In this document: piece by piece, positions 26,225 through 36,896 of the stretch
Layout: the number at the start of each line of letters is the position of its first letter
Position numbering within the stretch: position 1 is the first letter of the stretch
NCBI GenBank assembly: GCA_040756745.1
Contig: JBFLYO010000012.1
Location: 10,429 to 74,428 of the forward strand
Source: Bacteroidota bacterium
GTDB taxonomy: Bacteria > Bacteroidota > Ignavibacteria > UBA10030 > UBA6906
Direction of reading: 5' to 3'
Length of the DNA stretch: 64,000 nt
Notes under the pieces: generated by a model
Told to the model about the DNA's origin: nothing
Database searches by the model: none
The model's input: the letters and a program-made list of their open reading frames with translations, nothing else
Translations under genes and position numbers: made by a program

Positions 26225-27657
26225 AAGGACATCACATGACTTCTGCAAAATTCCTTGTCGGCGGCGAATGGAGAGGGTCAACGATCAAGCGGCAGGTCTT
26301 CAATCCGTACCAGGGTGCGCCGGTGCACGAGGTATGCCAGGCGTCGTCGAAAGATATCGACGATGCCATTACCGCCGCCGAGGAGGCTTTCCATGAAACG
26401 CGCCGGCTCACATCGCACGAACGTTCGTCGGTTCTTGCCCAGTGCGCACGCAAGGTTGAGGAGCGGAAAGAGGATTTTGCGCAAATGATCACGCGCGAGA
26501 CCGGGAAACCCATTTCCTTCTCGCGGGCAGAAGTCGCCAGGGCAGTCTTCACGTTGACGACCTCGGCTGAGGAGGCCAAGAGGATAGAAGGGAGCATGAT
26601 CCCTCTCGATGTCGCCCCCGACAATGCCGGCCGGACGGCGCTCGTCCGGCGTTTTCCCCTTGGAGTGATCGGCGCGATCACACCGTTCAACTTCCCACTG
26701 AACCTGGTCGTTCATAAGCTCGGGCCGGCCGTTGCATCGGGCAATACGGTGGTGCTGAAACCATCATCCAGTGCGCCGGTGACAGCCCTCCTCCTGGGAG
26801 AGATTCTTGACTCAACGTCCTTCCCCAAGGGTGGTGTTAATATTGTACCCTGTCTTGGAAGTGAGGCGGAACAACTCATTACGGATAAAAGAGTTAAGCT
26901 GCTCAGTTTCACGGGAAGTCCGGTTGTCGGCTGGGGCATGAAGGCAAGGGCGACACGGAAACGCGTTGTGCTTGAGCTGGGCGGGAACGCGGGAGTGATC
27001 GTGGCAGGCGACGCGAATCTGGACCACGCCCTGAGGCGCATCGTTCAGGGAGCATTCGGCAATGCGGGACAGTCGTGCATCTCGGTTCAGCGCATCTACG
27101 TTCATGAATCGGTTGCCGACAGCTTCACCGAAAAACTGGTCAAGATGACAAAATCCCTCGCGGTGGGCGATCCGATGAATGACCGCACAATCGTGGGGCC
27201 CATGATTGACGAACAGGCCGCTCGCCGGGCCGAGACGTGGGTCCGGGAAGCGGTGGAGGCCGGTGCGGAGCTCCTTTGCGGAGGAGGACGCAATGGAGCA
27301 GTCCTTGAGCCTACAATCCTTTCTGGAGTTGATCCGGCTCAGAAAGTGAGCTGCCAGGAGGTTTTCGCACCCGTGGTCACACTCGATCGTTACACAGATT
27401 TTCAAGAGGCGGTGGAGAGAATCAACGCGTCGGCCTTCGGACTCCAGGCGGGGATCTTCACGAGCAATGCGGCAGACATCTTTTATGCATATCGGGAGCT
27501 TGAGGTGGGAGGAGTCATTGTGAACGACTCGTCGTCGTACCGGATGGACAACATGCCGTACGGTGGAGTAAAGGAGTCCGGTCTCGGTCGTGAGGGCGTT
27601 CGATCAGCAATTGAGGAGATGATGGAGCTGAAACTCCTCGCATTGAACTTCGGTTGA
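26221..27657 (+). CDS. NAD(P)-dependent aldehyde dehydrogenase family protein
   Basis: ALDH fold with LELGGNAG, the catalytic Cys region FGNAGQSCISVQR, and EEPFAPV-like VFAPVV. Confidence 0.85.
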   Translation: MKGHHMTSAKFLVGGEWRGSTIKRQVFNPYQGAPVHEVCQASSKDIDDAITAAEEAFHETRRLTSHERSSVLAQCARKVEERKEDFAQMITRETGKPISFSRAEVARAVFTLTTSAEEAKRIEGSMIPLDVAPDNAGRTALVRRFPLGVIGAITPFNFPLNLVVHKLGPAVASGNTVVLKPSSSAPVTALLLGEILDSTSFPKGGVNIVPCLGSEAEQLITDKRVKLLSFTGSPVVGWGMKARATRKRVVLELGGNAGVIVAGDANLDHALRRIVQGAFGNAGQSCISVQRIYVHESVADSFTEKLVKMTKSLAVGDPMNDRTIVGPMIDEQAARRAETWVREAVEAGAELLCGGGRNGAVLEPTILSGVDPAQKVSCQEVFAPVVTLDRYTDFQEAVERINASAFGLQAGIFTSNAADIFYAYRELEVGGVIVNDSSSYRMDNMPYGGVKESGLGREGVRSAIEEMMELKLLALNFG

Positions 27658-27824
27658 ATCTGCGCAATGTTTCCTCTCATTCACAATCGATAAGCGACTT
27701 CAGTTCAGCTGAACTCTGGGGGAAGCGGTCCGCTCGTTGCACAAATTGTTCATAAGTTTGTGATTTCCCCCCTTGATTTTCGGCGGCCGCGTGTCTACCA
27801 TACCCCGTTTCCGATCACGACGCA

Positions 27825-30800
27825 ATGTCCCGCTTCGTCCATCTCCATAATCATTCCCACTACAGCCTGCTCGATGCTGCGTGTACCGTGGACGACCTCG
27901 TCCAGGCGGCGGTGGAGAACAACATGCCCGCTGTGGCGCTCACTGACCACGGTGTGCTTTTCGGCGCAATCGAATTCTTCAAGAAAGCAACGAGGGCCGG
28001 CATTAAACCGATCGTGGGCATGGAGGCGTACGTTGTCACGAAAGGGAGCCGCCTCGACCGTTCCCGGCAAGAGACGGAATCAGGAGGAAGCCGGGCGAGC
28101 TATCACCATCTGGTACTCCTGGCAAAGGATGAGACAGGGTACCGCAATCTGATGAAGCTCTGCACGATCGGCCATCTCGAGGGCTTCTATTCCAAGCCGC
28201 GGATCGACACAGACGTGCTCCGGGAGCATCGCGAAGGACTTGTGGCGCTCTCCGCATGTGCAGGAGGGGTAGTGTCGGCACACCTGGCGGCCGGGAGGGA
28301 CGCGGACGCCCATGAAGCAGCGCAGATTTACAAGGAGATCTTTGGCGAGGATTTCTACGTTGAAATCCAGAATCACGGGATCGACAGGGAACGCGTCGTG
28401 CGCGAGAAGGCTCCTCCCCTTGCACGGGAACTCGGACTGAAACTGATCTGCACGAACGACGTTCACTACATCAGGCATGAGCATGCGATGGCGCATAATA
28501 TCATGCTCTTCATCCCGGATGCGAGCAGCACGGTGACGCCGGATTACACCCAGCTGAGATATCAGACCGACCAGGCCTACTTCAAGTCGGAGCGTGAAAT
28601 GGTCGCCCTCTTCAAGGATTACCCCGAGGCGATCGAATCGACGCTTGAGGTGGCGTCGAAGTGTAATCTGAAGCTGGATCTGAAGACCAACCATATGCCG
28701 CAATTCCCGATCCCACAGGATGCGGGAGTGGCGACATTGAATGAATACTTTGAAAACCTGGCGCGTAAGGGCTTTGCGCGGCGCTATCCGAATGCCGACC
28801 AGGCGCTGATCGATCGCCTGGAGCATGAAATAGGCGTGATCAAGGGGATGGGGTATGCGGGGTATTTCCTGATCGTGCAGGATTTCATCAGGGCTGCCAG
28901 GGAGATGGGGGTCTTTGTGGGTCCCGGGCGCGGGAGCGCAGCCGGCAGCGTGGTGTCGTATGCGCTGCAGATCACCAATGTTGACCCGATCAAATACGGG
29001 CTGCTGTTCGAACGCTTCCTGAATCCTGACCGGATCAGCATGCCCGACATAGACGTGGATTTCTCCGATACCAAGCGAGACCTGGTTATCAAGTACGTGC
29101 GGGACAAGTACGGGGAAGAATCCGTCTCCCAGATCATCACCTTTGGGACACTCTCGTCGCGCGCCGTGCTGAAAGATGTCGGTCGGGTGCTGGGAATTCC
29201 GCTCCCGACTCTCGAATCGATCACAAAGTTGATCCCCGTGGAACAGGGGAAGGTGCGCCCGCTTGCGGATGCCCTGGAGAAGATCCCCGAACTGCGCTGG
29301 GTCCGCGAGAGCACCGACCCAAGGTTTAAGACCCTCGTTGAGGCGTCTCTCGTCCTGGAAGGGATGAACCGGAACGCAGGGATGCATGCCGCGGGCGTCG
29401 TGATTGCCCCGGGGAACATCAGCGACTACGTCCCGCTGTACAAGACTCCCGCCACCGAGGTCATGACACAGTACAACATGAAGGACCTCGAGACGGTCGG
29501 GTTGTTGAAAATGGACTTCCTCGGCCTCCGGACGCTTTCCGTCATCGAACGGTGTCTGAGGATGGTGAAAGAAAACCACGGCATTGTTGTCGATCTCGAC
29601 GCCATTCCGGAGGATGATGCAAAGACCTTTGAAGTCTTTGCGCGCGGCGACACTGTTGGCGTCTTCCAGTTTGAAAGCTCCGGTATGGCCGACTGGCTGC
29701 GCCGGCTGCGCCCCAACAGCATCTCCGACCTCGTGGCGATGAATGCCCTCTATCGCCCGGGGCCGATGGAGATGATCGGCGACTTCATCGCGCGGAAACT
29801 CGGCACCCAGCCCATCACATATGTCCATCCCGGTCTTGAACCCATCCTGAAAGAGACCTACGGCGTCATCGTCTATCAGGAGCAGGTCATGAGGATTGCG
29901 AGCGAGGTGGCCGGACTGACGCTTGCGAAGGCGGACCTCATGCGCCGCGCGATGGGGAAGAAGGACAAGCGCCTGATGGCAGAGATGAAGAAGGAATTCA
30001 TCGAAGGCGCGGCCGCACGCGGCACGGCACGGGGAACGGCGGGGGAGATCTTTGATCTCATTGAGAAATTTGCCTCCTACGGCTTCAACAAATCCCACAG
30101 CGTCGCCTATTCAGTTATCGCCTATCAGACCGCATACCTGAAGGCGCATTATCCGGCGGAGTTCATGGCGGCAAATCTCTCGTCTGAAATCGGAAACACG
30201 GACAAGATCGTCAAACTGATCGATGAGTGCCGTCGCATGGGGATCGATGTCCTGCCCCCTGATGTCAACGAGAGTGCCAGTGATTTCAACGTCGTGGGGG
30301 AGAGAATCCGGTTCGGCCTGTGCGCTATCAAGAACGTGGGAGAGAGCGCCATCGAGACCGTGATCCGGGGACGAGTGGAGAAGGGAGGATTTGACAATCT
30401 GTTCGATTTCTGCAGGCGGGTGGACCTCCGGCTGGTGAACAAGAAGTGCCTGGAGAGTCTTGTTCAGGCGGGAGCGTTTGACTCGATGGGGACGAACAGA
30501 GCCATGTTCATGGAGAACCTCGAGCGAGCTGCAGCGTACGGCCAGGCAGCGCAGCAGAGCGAAAGCAGCGGACAATCCACGCTGTTCGACAGCGGCACCT
30601 CGGCGACACGTGCACCTACGATCTATCCCACCATGACTCCGGTCGAGCCGTGGGCAGAATTCGAAAAACTGACCCGCGAGAAGGCGGTGCTTGGCTTCTA
30701 TGTCTCGGGGCACCCGCTCCTGAAGTTCGAGGAGGAGATCCGTCAGTACTCGACGGTTCGGCTGGGTGACCCGTCGACGTTTGCCACCGCTGCGACTGTC

Positions 30801-31289
30801 CGCGCAGCCGGCATCGTGACGAGCGTGAAGAAAAAGGTCGACAAGAGAAACAACATGATGGCGTTCGTCGGCCTCGAAGATTTTACGGGAAAAGGGGAGT
30901 GCGTTGTCTTTGCCGACCCCTACGCGAAATACCAGGACCTCCTTCGCCCGGATGCCATGGTAATGGTGGTGGGAAGGGGGGAACCGAATGGCGAATCGCT
31001 GAAGATCCTGGTGAACGACGTCGTGCCGATGGACAAGGCGAGGGAAAAGTTTACGAAAAGCGTTATCTTGTCCATCGATGTCAGCGCGATCCGGGAACAG
31101 ACGATCGTTCGGCTCAGAGAGATAATCGAGGAACATACGGGCACCTGCCCGTGTTATTTCAGCGTACGGAACGCGCAGTCCACGACGATGTTTCAGACCC
31201 GGCGGTTCAGCGTGGAACCGTCCGGACAGTTTGTCGAGGAGATCCGGCAAGCACTTGGGCCGGACTGCATCCGGTTCGTCAGCCAGTAG
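27825..31289 (+). CDS. dnaE: DNA polymerase III alpha subunit
   Basis: N-terminal PHP domain (FVHLHNHSHYSLLDAA), polymerase core and OB-fold over 1154 aa. Confidence 0.95.
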   Translation: MSRFVHLHNHSHYSLLDAACTVDDLVQAAVENNMPAVALTDHGVLFGAIEFFKKATRAGIKPIVGMEAYVVTKGSRLDRSRQETESGGSRASYHHLVLLAKDETGYRNLMKLCTIGHLEGFYSKPRIDTDVLREHREGLVALSACAGGVVSAHLAAGRDADAHEAAQIYKEIFGEDFYVEIQNHGIDRERVVREKAPPLARELGLKLICTNDVHYIRHEHAMAHNIMLFIPDASSTVTPDYTQLRYQTDQAYFKSEREMVALFKDYPEAIESTLEVASKCNLKLDLKTNHMPQFPIPQDAGVATLNEYFENLARKGFARRYPNADQALIDRLEHEIGVIKGMGYAGYFLIVQDFIRAAREMGVFVGPGRGSAAGSVVSYALQITNVDPIKYGLLFERFLNPDRISMPDIDVDFSDTKRDLVIKYVRDKYGEESVSQIITFGTLSSRAVLKDVGRVLGIPLPTLESITKLIPVEQGKVRPLADALEKIPELRWVRESTDPRFKTLVEASLVLEGMNRNAGMHAAGVVIAPGNISDYVPLYKTPATEVMTQYNMKDLETVGLLKMDFLGLRTLSVIERCLRMVKENHGIVVDLDAIPEDDAKTFEVFARGDTVGVFQFESSGMADWLRRLRPNSISDLVAMNALYRPGPMEMIGDFIARKLGTQPITYVHPGLEPILKETYGVIVYQEQVMRIASEVAGLTLAKADLMRRAMGKKDKRLMAEMKKEFIEGAAARGTARGTAGEIFDLIEKFASYGFNKSHSVAYSVIAYQTAYLKAHYPAEFMAANLSSEIGNTDKIVKLIDECRRMGIDVLPPDVNESASDFNVVGERIRFGLCAIKNVGESAIETVIRGRVEKGGFDNLFDFCRRVDLRLVNKKCLESLVQAGAFDSMGTNRAMFMENLERAAAYGQAAQQSESSGQSTLFDSGTSATRAPTIYPTMTPVEPWAEFEKLTREKAVLGFYVSGHPLLKFEEEIRQYSTVRLGDPSTFATAATVRAAGIVTSVKKKVDKRNNMMAFVGLEDFTGKGECVVFADPYAKYQDLLRPDAMVMVVGRGEPNGESLKILVNDVVPMDKAREKFTKSVILSIDVSAIREQTIVRLREIIEEHTGTCPCYFSVRNAQSTTMFQTRRFSVEPSGQFVEEIRQALGPDCIRFVSQ

Positions 31290-31353
31290 TCATTCACGCG
31301 TATACCGTTCACCCCAGCGCGCATTCCAGTCGCGCAGCGAGGAAGGAGAATGC

Positions 31354-31683
31354 ATGAAACCAATTGAAATCACCGACGCAAATTTCCAGAAAGAGGTGAT
31401 CGAGTCCACCGTGCCTGTCCTGGTGGATTTCTGGGCAGTGTGGTGTGGCCCGTGCAAAATGATCGCCCCCGTTGTGGAGGAGATCGCGTCGGAGTATCAG
31501 GGGAAGCTCAAGGTTGGCAAATTCGACGTGGACAACAATCCCGAAATGCCCATGAAGTTCGGCATCAGGAGCATTCCGACCCTGATGGTCTTCAAAGGAG
31601 GAAAAGTGGTCGAACAGATTATCGGCGCCATGCCCAAACGTAGCTTGCTCGATAAAGTGACTCCGCATATCACCGTCAACTAA
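31354..31683 (+). CDS. trxA: Thioredoxin
   Basis: WAVWCGPCKM active site in a 109-aa protein, with RBS GGAAGGAGA upstream. Confidence 0.92.
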   Translation: MKPIEITDANFQKEVIESTVPVLVDFWAVWCGPCKMIAPVVEEIASEYQGKLKVGKFDVDNNPEMPMKFGIRSIPTLMVFKGGKVVEQIIGAMPKRSLLDKVTPHITVN

Positions 31684-32226
31684 GTGAGTCGATTTCAGCG
31701 TCATAAACGGAGGCCCGGATGCCATCGGCAGCCGGGCCTCACTCATTTTGTCACCGCGCTTCTTGCCGTTATCGTGTTGTCGCAAGGTCCGGGGTGTTCC
31801 AGCAAGCCGCCCCTCGTCCCCGAGCAGATCGCCGGTCTCCACCGCGTGTCGTTGACCTCCGGCGAGGCGGCGCGCCAGATTGTCGACAGAATGCACGGCA
31901 AGGATGTGACTCCGTCGGAGAACTATATCGCGCAGTATGAAGGCGAAGGTGGCAGGAAGGGAACCCTGTACTGCTCGGTGTACGCTGACGAGGCGAAGGC
32001 CGAGCGGGTGCGGAAGCTGATGCGCGACCTGATTGGGAAGGGAGAGTCACCCTTCAGAGCATCGCAGGCATTTCTTGTGGAAGGAACCGAAGTGAGCCGG
32101 TGCGAGGGTCTCGGCGAGTATCATTGCTTCTTCGCCACGGGGAGGTTACTCTACTGGACCGCGGCTCCACAGGGAGATGCCGCTCGGATGGCTCAGGAGA
32201 TCATCGACCGTCTGCGGCGGCGTTAG
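31684..32226 (+). CDS. Hypothetical protein, possibly an exported lipoprotein; start uncertain
   Basis: The ORF begins with GTG directly after the trxA stop and reads through the terminator-like hairpin. A signal-like segment (LTHFVTALLAVIVLSQGPGC) follows. No known motif. Confidence 0.4.
   Translation: MSRFQRHKRRPGCHRQPGLTHFVTALLAVIVLSQGPGCSSKPPLVPEQIAGLHRVSLTSGEAARQIVDRMHGKDVTPSENYIAQYEGEGGRKGTLYCSVYADEAKAERVRKLMRDLIGKGESPFRASQAFLVEGTEVSRCEGLGEYHCFFATGRLLYWTAAPQGDAARMAQEIIDRLRRR
31710..31748 (+). terminator. Terminator-like hairpin after trxA
   Basis: GAGGCCCGG-(13 nt)-CCGGGCCTC followed by ACTCATTTTG. The T-tract is weak. Confidence 0.45.
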
Positions 32227-32998
32227 CGACGGCAGGGTGTGGTGGGAAGGCGTCAACCGCGGCGGCCTCAACCCCCCGGAGCTCTGCAACCTGGCGTACA
32301 ATCATGTTGCGGATCCGGGCGCACAGCTGCGGCGTATCTGCTGTTGTCAGCCCGGCAGTTTCCACAGGCGGAAGCACGCGCAGCCTGATGTCGAGCGCGG
32401 GCCCGAATCTCCAGCTCTTTTTCGGCAGGCAATTACTCGACCCTTCAACAACCAGAGGGAGGACCGGTACTCCTGCCGTGATGGCAAGATGAAATGCCCC
32501 TTCGTTGAATCGACCCACACGGCCGTCAGGCGAACGCGTACCCTCGGGAAAGAACATCACGGAGCACCGTTCCTGAAGGAATCGGTTCGCCGCAAGCAAC
32601 ATCCGGGCTCCGCTCCGCCTGTCGGCGCGGTCCACCGGAATATCGCCCGCCAACCGCATCAACCACCCGACCACCGGCAACTGGAAGAGTTCCACCTTTG
32701 CCACCCACTTCATTTCCCAGGGGAGGTGGGCAATGATCGGGATGTCTGCCATTGACTGGTGGTTGCTCACGACGACATACGGTCGCCGGGGATCGGAAAT
32801 TGCCACCCCGTCACGATGCACCTTCCACGACGGATTGACCTTCGTCATCGCAACGCCAAGCAGTCGGAACCAGCGACCGGTCCTGTATCGGACGGGGTCC
32901 CTGTCGGTGAGCCGAATGATCGCGAGGAGCGGAAGCCAGAGAAGGATGAGAAGAGCGACCGCGCCCCACACCCACAGTGATCGGAGAGTCGCCGCCAT
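32201..32998 (-). CDS. 1-acyl-sn-glycerol-3-phosphate acyltransferase (PlsC family)
   Basis: HX4D motif (NHQSMADIPI) and FPEGTRS motif. Start placed at the ATG at 32998 (MAATLRSLWVW…), which gives a typical 265-aa PlsC with an N-terminal TM helix. Confidence 0.8.
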   Translation of the reverse strand: MAATLRSLWVWGAVALLILLWLPLLAIIRLTDRDPVRYRTGRWFRLLGVAMTKVNPSWKVHRDGVAISDPRRPYVVVSNHQSMADIPIIAHLPWEMKWVAKVELFQLPVVGWLMRLAGDIPVDRADRRSGARMLLAANRFLQERCSVMFFPEGTRSPDGRVGRFNEGAFHLAITAGVPVLPLVVEGSSNCLPKKSWRFGPALDIRLRVLPPVETAGLTTADTPQLCARIRNMIVRQVAELRGVEAAAVDAFPPHPAVANAAADGR

Positions 32999-33179
32999 GA
33001 CACCAGAAGGTAGGCACTTTTTGTGTCCGGTTCCAGCTTGAATCCCGTCCCTGTACGCTCCGCGAACACTGAAACTGTCGCTGAATGGAACTTTACCTCG
33101 CAGTTGGAAGTTTAACCTGCACACGCCGAATCCCGGCGCCCGCTGGAGCAGATCAACTCATGGTACAAGGAAGATTGAC

Positions 33180-33764
33180 ATGGTGCATCAGTTGGCACTC
33201 TGGGTTGCCGCAGCGGTCGCCGCGGCAACCCCGGCATCGAGCCAGATCGTCTGGAAGCTCGATAAAGCGCACAGCAGCATTAAATTCTCCGTGGCCCACC
33301 TGGTCATTTCGGAGGTCACGGGGGTGTTCAGAGATTTTGATGTTTCGCTGACCGCGGGAGCCGAAGATTTCTCGGATGCGACGCTTACGGTCACAGTCAA
33401 GGCGGCAAGCATCTCGACCGACAATGAGCGAAGAGACAACCACCTGAAGTCGGAGGACTTCCTGGACGCGGAGCATTTCCCTGAAATCACCTTCAAGAGC
33501 ACGTCGGTGGAAAAGACCGGAGAGAACATATACCGCATTCCCGGCGACCTTACCATCCGTGGAATAACCCGACCGGTGGTGCTGACAGCAGAGCGAAAAG
33601 GTATCGTCGAAATGCGCGGGCGTACGATCGTTGCATTCTCCGCCTCGACGGAGATCAATCGCTTCGACTACGACGTACGATGGGACGCGAAAATCGAGAC
33701 CGGGGGGCTCATCGCAGGCGACAAAGTGAAGATCGAAATCACCTACGAAGGGATCAGACAATAA
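33180..33764 (+). CDS. YceI-family periplasmic protein
   Basis: Signal peptide plus the YceI-like domain (…WKLDKAHSSIKFSVAHLVISEVTGVFRDFD…). Confidence 0.8.
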   Translation: MVHQLALWVAAAVAAATPASSQIVWKLDKAHSSIKFSVAHLVISEVTGVFRDFDVSLTAGAEDFSDATLTVTVKAASISTDNERRDNHLKSEDFLDAEHFPEITFKSTSVEKTGENIYRIPGDLTIRGITRPVVLTAERKGIVEMRGRTIVAFSASTEINRFDYDVRWDAKIETGGLIAGDKVKIEITYEGIRQ

Positions 33765-33783
33765 CGTGAGGTGGTGATCCTGC

Positions 33784-34662
33784 ATGTCGTTGCCGCTCGG
33801 GACAGGCATTGAAAGCGTCCGGCTGAGAGTCGCTGACCTCCGCCGGACGTTGCGCTTCTACCATGACATTCTGGGTTTTGTGGAGACTTCCCGCCCAGAG
33901 CACCATCGCGGCCTCTCCGCGAGGATTGACAGTCCGCCACTGCTCATTTTGGAAGAGTCACGCGATGCGTCACGTCCGCCCCGTCCCACGGCAGGTTTGT
34001 ATCACGCTGCGATAAGGTTTCCGAGTCGTGGCGCCCTTGGTGCGGCCGTTCGCCGGGTGATCAGGGCCGAGCACCCGCTGCATGGCGCGGCCGATCATCT
34101 CGTCAGCGAAGCCGTGTACATGACGGACCCGGAGGGAAACGGCATCGAGCTCTATGTGGACAGACCACGAGAAGAGTGGCGATGGGACGGTGAGCAAATC
34201 GCGATGGCGACGGATCCTCTGGACCTTCAAAGTCTGCTGGATGAGCCGGACGCCATCGCGCTGGAGCGGGAATCGATCTCCGACGGGACCGACATTGGAC
34301 ACATTCATCTCCAGGTCTCAGACCTCCGACAGTCTGAAGAGTTCTATTCAGGAATCCTCGGCTTCGAAGTCATGCAGCGTTCGTATCCCGGTGCCCTCTT
34401 CCTCTCGGCGGGGCGATACCATCACCATATCGGCCTGAACATCTGGGGAGGGCGCGGCATCCTCCCGCTGCCCACCGGTGCGTTGGGCCTTGTATCCTTC
34501 CGCGTCAGAATTCCCGGCGGCGAAGAATGGCGGGCGCTATGCGAGCGATCAGACACTTTGAGGGTCAGACAGCCCGCAGAGAGAGCGGCCGGGGATCCCC
34601 CGATTCTTTCACTTACAGATCCAAACGGCATCGCCATCGAACTACTCGCAGCACCGCGCTGA
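33784..34662 (+). CDS. VOC-family (glyoxalase/extradiol dioxygenase-like) two-domain protein
   Basis: Two tandem βαβββ VOC modules, each starting with an H-[IV]-x-L-x-V motif (VRLRVADLRRTLRFY… and HIHLQVSDLRQSEEFY…). Confidence 0.7.
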   Translation: MSLPLGTGIESVRLRVADLRRTLRFYHDILGFVETSRPEHHRGLSARIDSPPLLILEESRDASRPPRPTAGLYHAAIRFPSRGALGAAVRRVIRAEHPLHGAADHLVSEAVYMTDPEGNGIELYVDRPREEWRWDGEQIAMATDPLDLQSLLDEPDAIALERESISDGTDIGHIHLQVSDLRQSEEFYSGILGFEVMQRSYPGALFLSAGRYHHHIGLNIWGGRGILPLPTGALGLVSFRVRIPGGEEWRALCERSDTLRVRQPAERAAGDPPILSLTDPNGIAIELLAAPR

Positions 34663-34749
34663 GGCATCAGCGGGCCCCCCTTTTGGATTTCACTCCATCC
34701 ATCCCTATATTGTCGCGATCTGTTCTCCTTAACGAACGCAATCACCGCA

Positions 34750-36204
34750 ATGCCTACTCAACAGGAAAGCATCCTCGTTGCCGTGGGAGCGACGCCGCTG
34801 CATCTTCTCCCCGGCATGGCGAACCGTCATGGGCTCATCGCCGGTGCCACCGGCACGGGAAAGACGGTCACGCTTCAGGTCATTGCCGAACAGTTTAGCC
34901 GGCTCGGGGTACCGATATTCATGGCCGACGTCAAGGGAGACCTGGCAGGCATCAGCCAACCTGGGTCCGCCAAGCCGAGAATAGTTGAGCGCATCCAGCA
35001 GCTACGCCTCGAAGGGTTTTCCTACGACGGATCGCCGGTCACGTTTTGGGACGTGTTCGGTGAGCAGGGACATCCAGTCAGAAGCACGGTTTCGGAAATG
35101 GGCCCGCTTCTGTTCAGTCGGCTCCTCAATCTGAATGAAACCCAGGCCGGCGTCCTGACCGCCGTGTTCAGAATCGCGGATGAGCATGGTCTGCTTCTGC
35201 TTGACCTTAAGGATCTCAGGGCAATCCTGGACTATGCAGGGACGAACGCCGCATCGTTCCGCACCCAGTACGGCAACATCTCAACGGCCAGCATCGGAGC
35301 CATCCAGCGGGGATTGTTGACGCTTGAAGACCAGGGTGGGGACAAATTCTTCGGCGAGCCCGCACTTGATCTCGACGACTTGATGCAGACGGACGCACAG
35401 GGGAGAGGGATGGTCAATATCCTCGCCTCCGACCGCCTCCTGCAATCCCCCAAAGTCTATGCGACCTTTCTCCTCTGGCTGCTGGCCGAGTTGTTTGAGC
35501 GTCTGCCTGAGGTGGGTGATCTTGAAAAACCAAAGCTTGTTTTCTTCTTCGACGAGGCCCACCTGCTTTTCGCCAAAGCCCCCAAACCGTTACTGGAGAA
35601 GATCGAGCAGGTCGTGCGACTAATACGTTCCAAAGGGGTCGGCGTATTCTTTGTTACACAAAACCCATTGGATATCCCTGACATCGTCCTCGGTCAGCTC
35701 GGCAACCGCGTACAGCATGCGCTCCGCGCATTCACGCCCCGCGACCAGAAGGCCGTCGCGGCGGCGGCGCAAACGTTCCGGACCAACCCGCGGCTGAAAG
35801 TGGAGAAAGCAATCACCGAGCTGGGAGTCGGTGAAGCACTCGTGTCTTTTCTTGGCGCCGACGGCACGCCGGGTATCGTCGAGCGTGCCTGGGTCTGCCC
35901 GCCGCACAGTCAGATTGGACCTATCGCGCCAGACCAGCGAAAAACCATCATGCGGGGATCACTGGTCGCGGGGCATTATGAGTCGGTAGTGGATCGTGAG
36001 TCCGCGTACGAGAAGCTCTCCGCCCGTGTCCCCGAACGGCAGGCGCAGATTCCCATTCCAGGTGGTGCACCTCCTCGTGCACGCACGGCAGAGACGATGT
36101 TCGAGGCGATGGCGAAGAGCGCAGTACGCGCTGCGGGCTCGCAGATTGGCCGTCAGATCATCCGCGGAGTGCTTGGCTCGATTCTCGGGGGCTCAAGGAG
36201 GTAG
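34750..36204 (+). CDS. HerA-like helicase/NTPase, DUF853 family (YjgR-like)
   Basis: Walker A (GATGTGKT), Walker B ([12 protein letters not shown]) and a conserved C-terminal DUF853-like region. Confidence 0.75.
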   Translation: MPTQQESILVAVGATPLHLLPGMANRHGLIAGATGTGKTVTLQVIAEQFSRLGVPIFMADVKGDLAGISQPGSAKPRIVERIQQLRLEGFSYDGSPVTFWDVFGEQGHPVRSTVSEMGPLLFSRLLNLNETQAGVLTAVFRIADEHGLLLLDLKDLRAILDYAGTNAASFRTQYGNISTASIGAIQRGLLTLEDQGGDKFFGEPALDLDDLMQTDAQGRGMVNILASDRLLQSPKVYATFLLWLLAELFERLPEVGDLEKPKLVFFFDEAHLLFAKAPKPLLEKIEQVVRLIRSKGVGVFFVTQNPLDIPDIVLGQLGNRVQHALRAFTPRDQKAVAAAAQTFRTNPRLKVEKAITELGVGEALVSFLGADGTPGIVERAWVCPPHSQIGPIAPDQRKTIMRGSLVAGHYESVVDRESAYEKLSARVPERQAQIPIPGGAPPRARTAETMFEAMAKSAVRAAGSQIGRQIIRGVLGSILGGSRR

Positions 36205-36293
36205 CTATCCCGGTGGTGGGGGGTGTTCCGCGTGTCTTTGAAGACAGCCACGCTTATCCTCATTCATCGAACCCACAGCGCAAAGGAGGAAGC

Positions 36294-36896
36294 ATGTCCC
36301 AAACGGCGATTCGGATCGGGCTGTTGGCAGTGCTGTGTGCTCCGGCCTTTGTCGGAGGTTCCGCAGCGGGTTTCGCTCAAGAGCAGCGGAGACACTTCAC
36401 TTCCCGCGGGAGTGTGGAACTGGGGGGGAGCATTTCGTTCCAGGCGACCCAGCCGGTGGCCAATGACAGGACTTCTGACGTCATTTATGATCTTACCGTT
36501 CTCCCCTACGTCGGGTACTTCATATTGGACGGCTTTGAGCTCGGTGTCAATCCTGCCGGGCTCGTTCTGACCAGTGCAGGAAGCACGACGATCACCTCCC
36601 TGCGCATTCTTGCAGCCCCTTCGTACAACTTCAGGACAAGCACCATCGCCACTCCCTTTGTTGAGGGGCTTGCAGGGCTTACGACGATGACGACAAGCGT
36701 CTCGGGGGGTGGAACCTCGACGGCATCGGGGTTTACCTGGGGGGGACGGGCGGGCGTAAAGGTGGGAGTGGTTGAACGGGGTCTGCTGAACCTGGGGATT
36801 CAGTACCTGCGCATCACAGTGAATCCCTCCGGTGCACCGGGGCGGAACGGGTCGAACGATTTTTCCGTGACGGCGGGGTGGACCGTCTGGTTATGA
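36294..36896 (+). CDS. Outer-membrane β-barrel protein (OmpW/OmpA-like porin family)
   Basis: Signal peptide followed by alternating amphipathic β-strands with a C-terminal aromatic residue (…VTAGWTVWL). RBS AAAGGAGGAAG upstream. Confidence 0.6.
   Translation: MSQTAIRIGLLAVLCAPAFVGGSAAGFAQEQRRHFTSRGSVELGGSISFQATQPVANDRTSDVIYDLTVLPYVGYFILDGFELGVNPAGLVLTSAGSTTITSLRILAAPSYNFRTSTIATPFVEGLAGLTTMTTSVSGGGTSTASGFTWGGRAGVKVGVVERGLLNLGIQYLRITVNPSGAPGRNGSNDFSVTAGWTVWL

Noticed and set aside
28080-31250. Long minus-strand ORFs (672 aa and 379 aa) inside dnaE
   Set aside because: They are antisense to an unambiguous DNA polymerase III α gene. Their Arg/Pro/Gly-rich composition is typical of GC-rich antisense frames.
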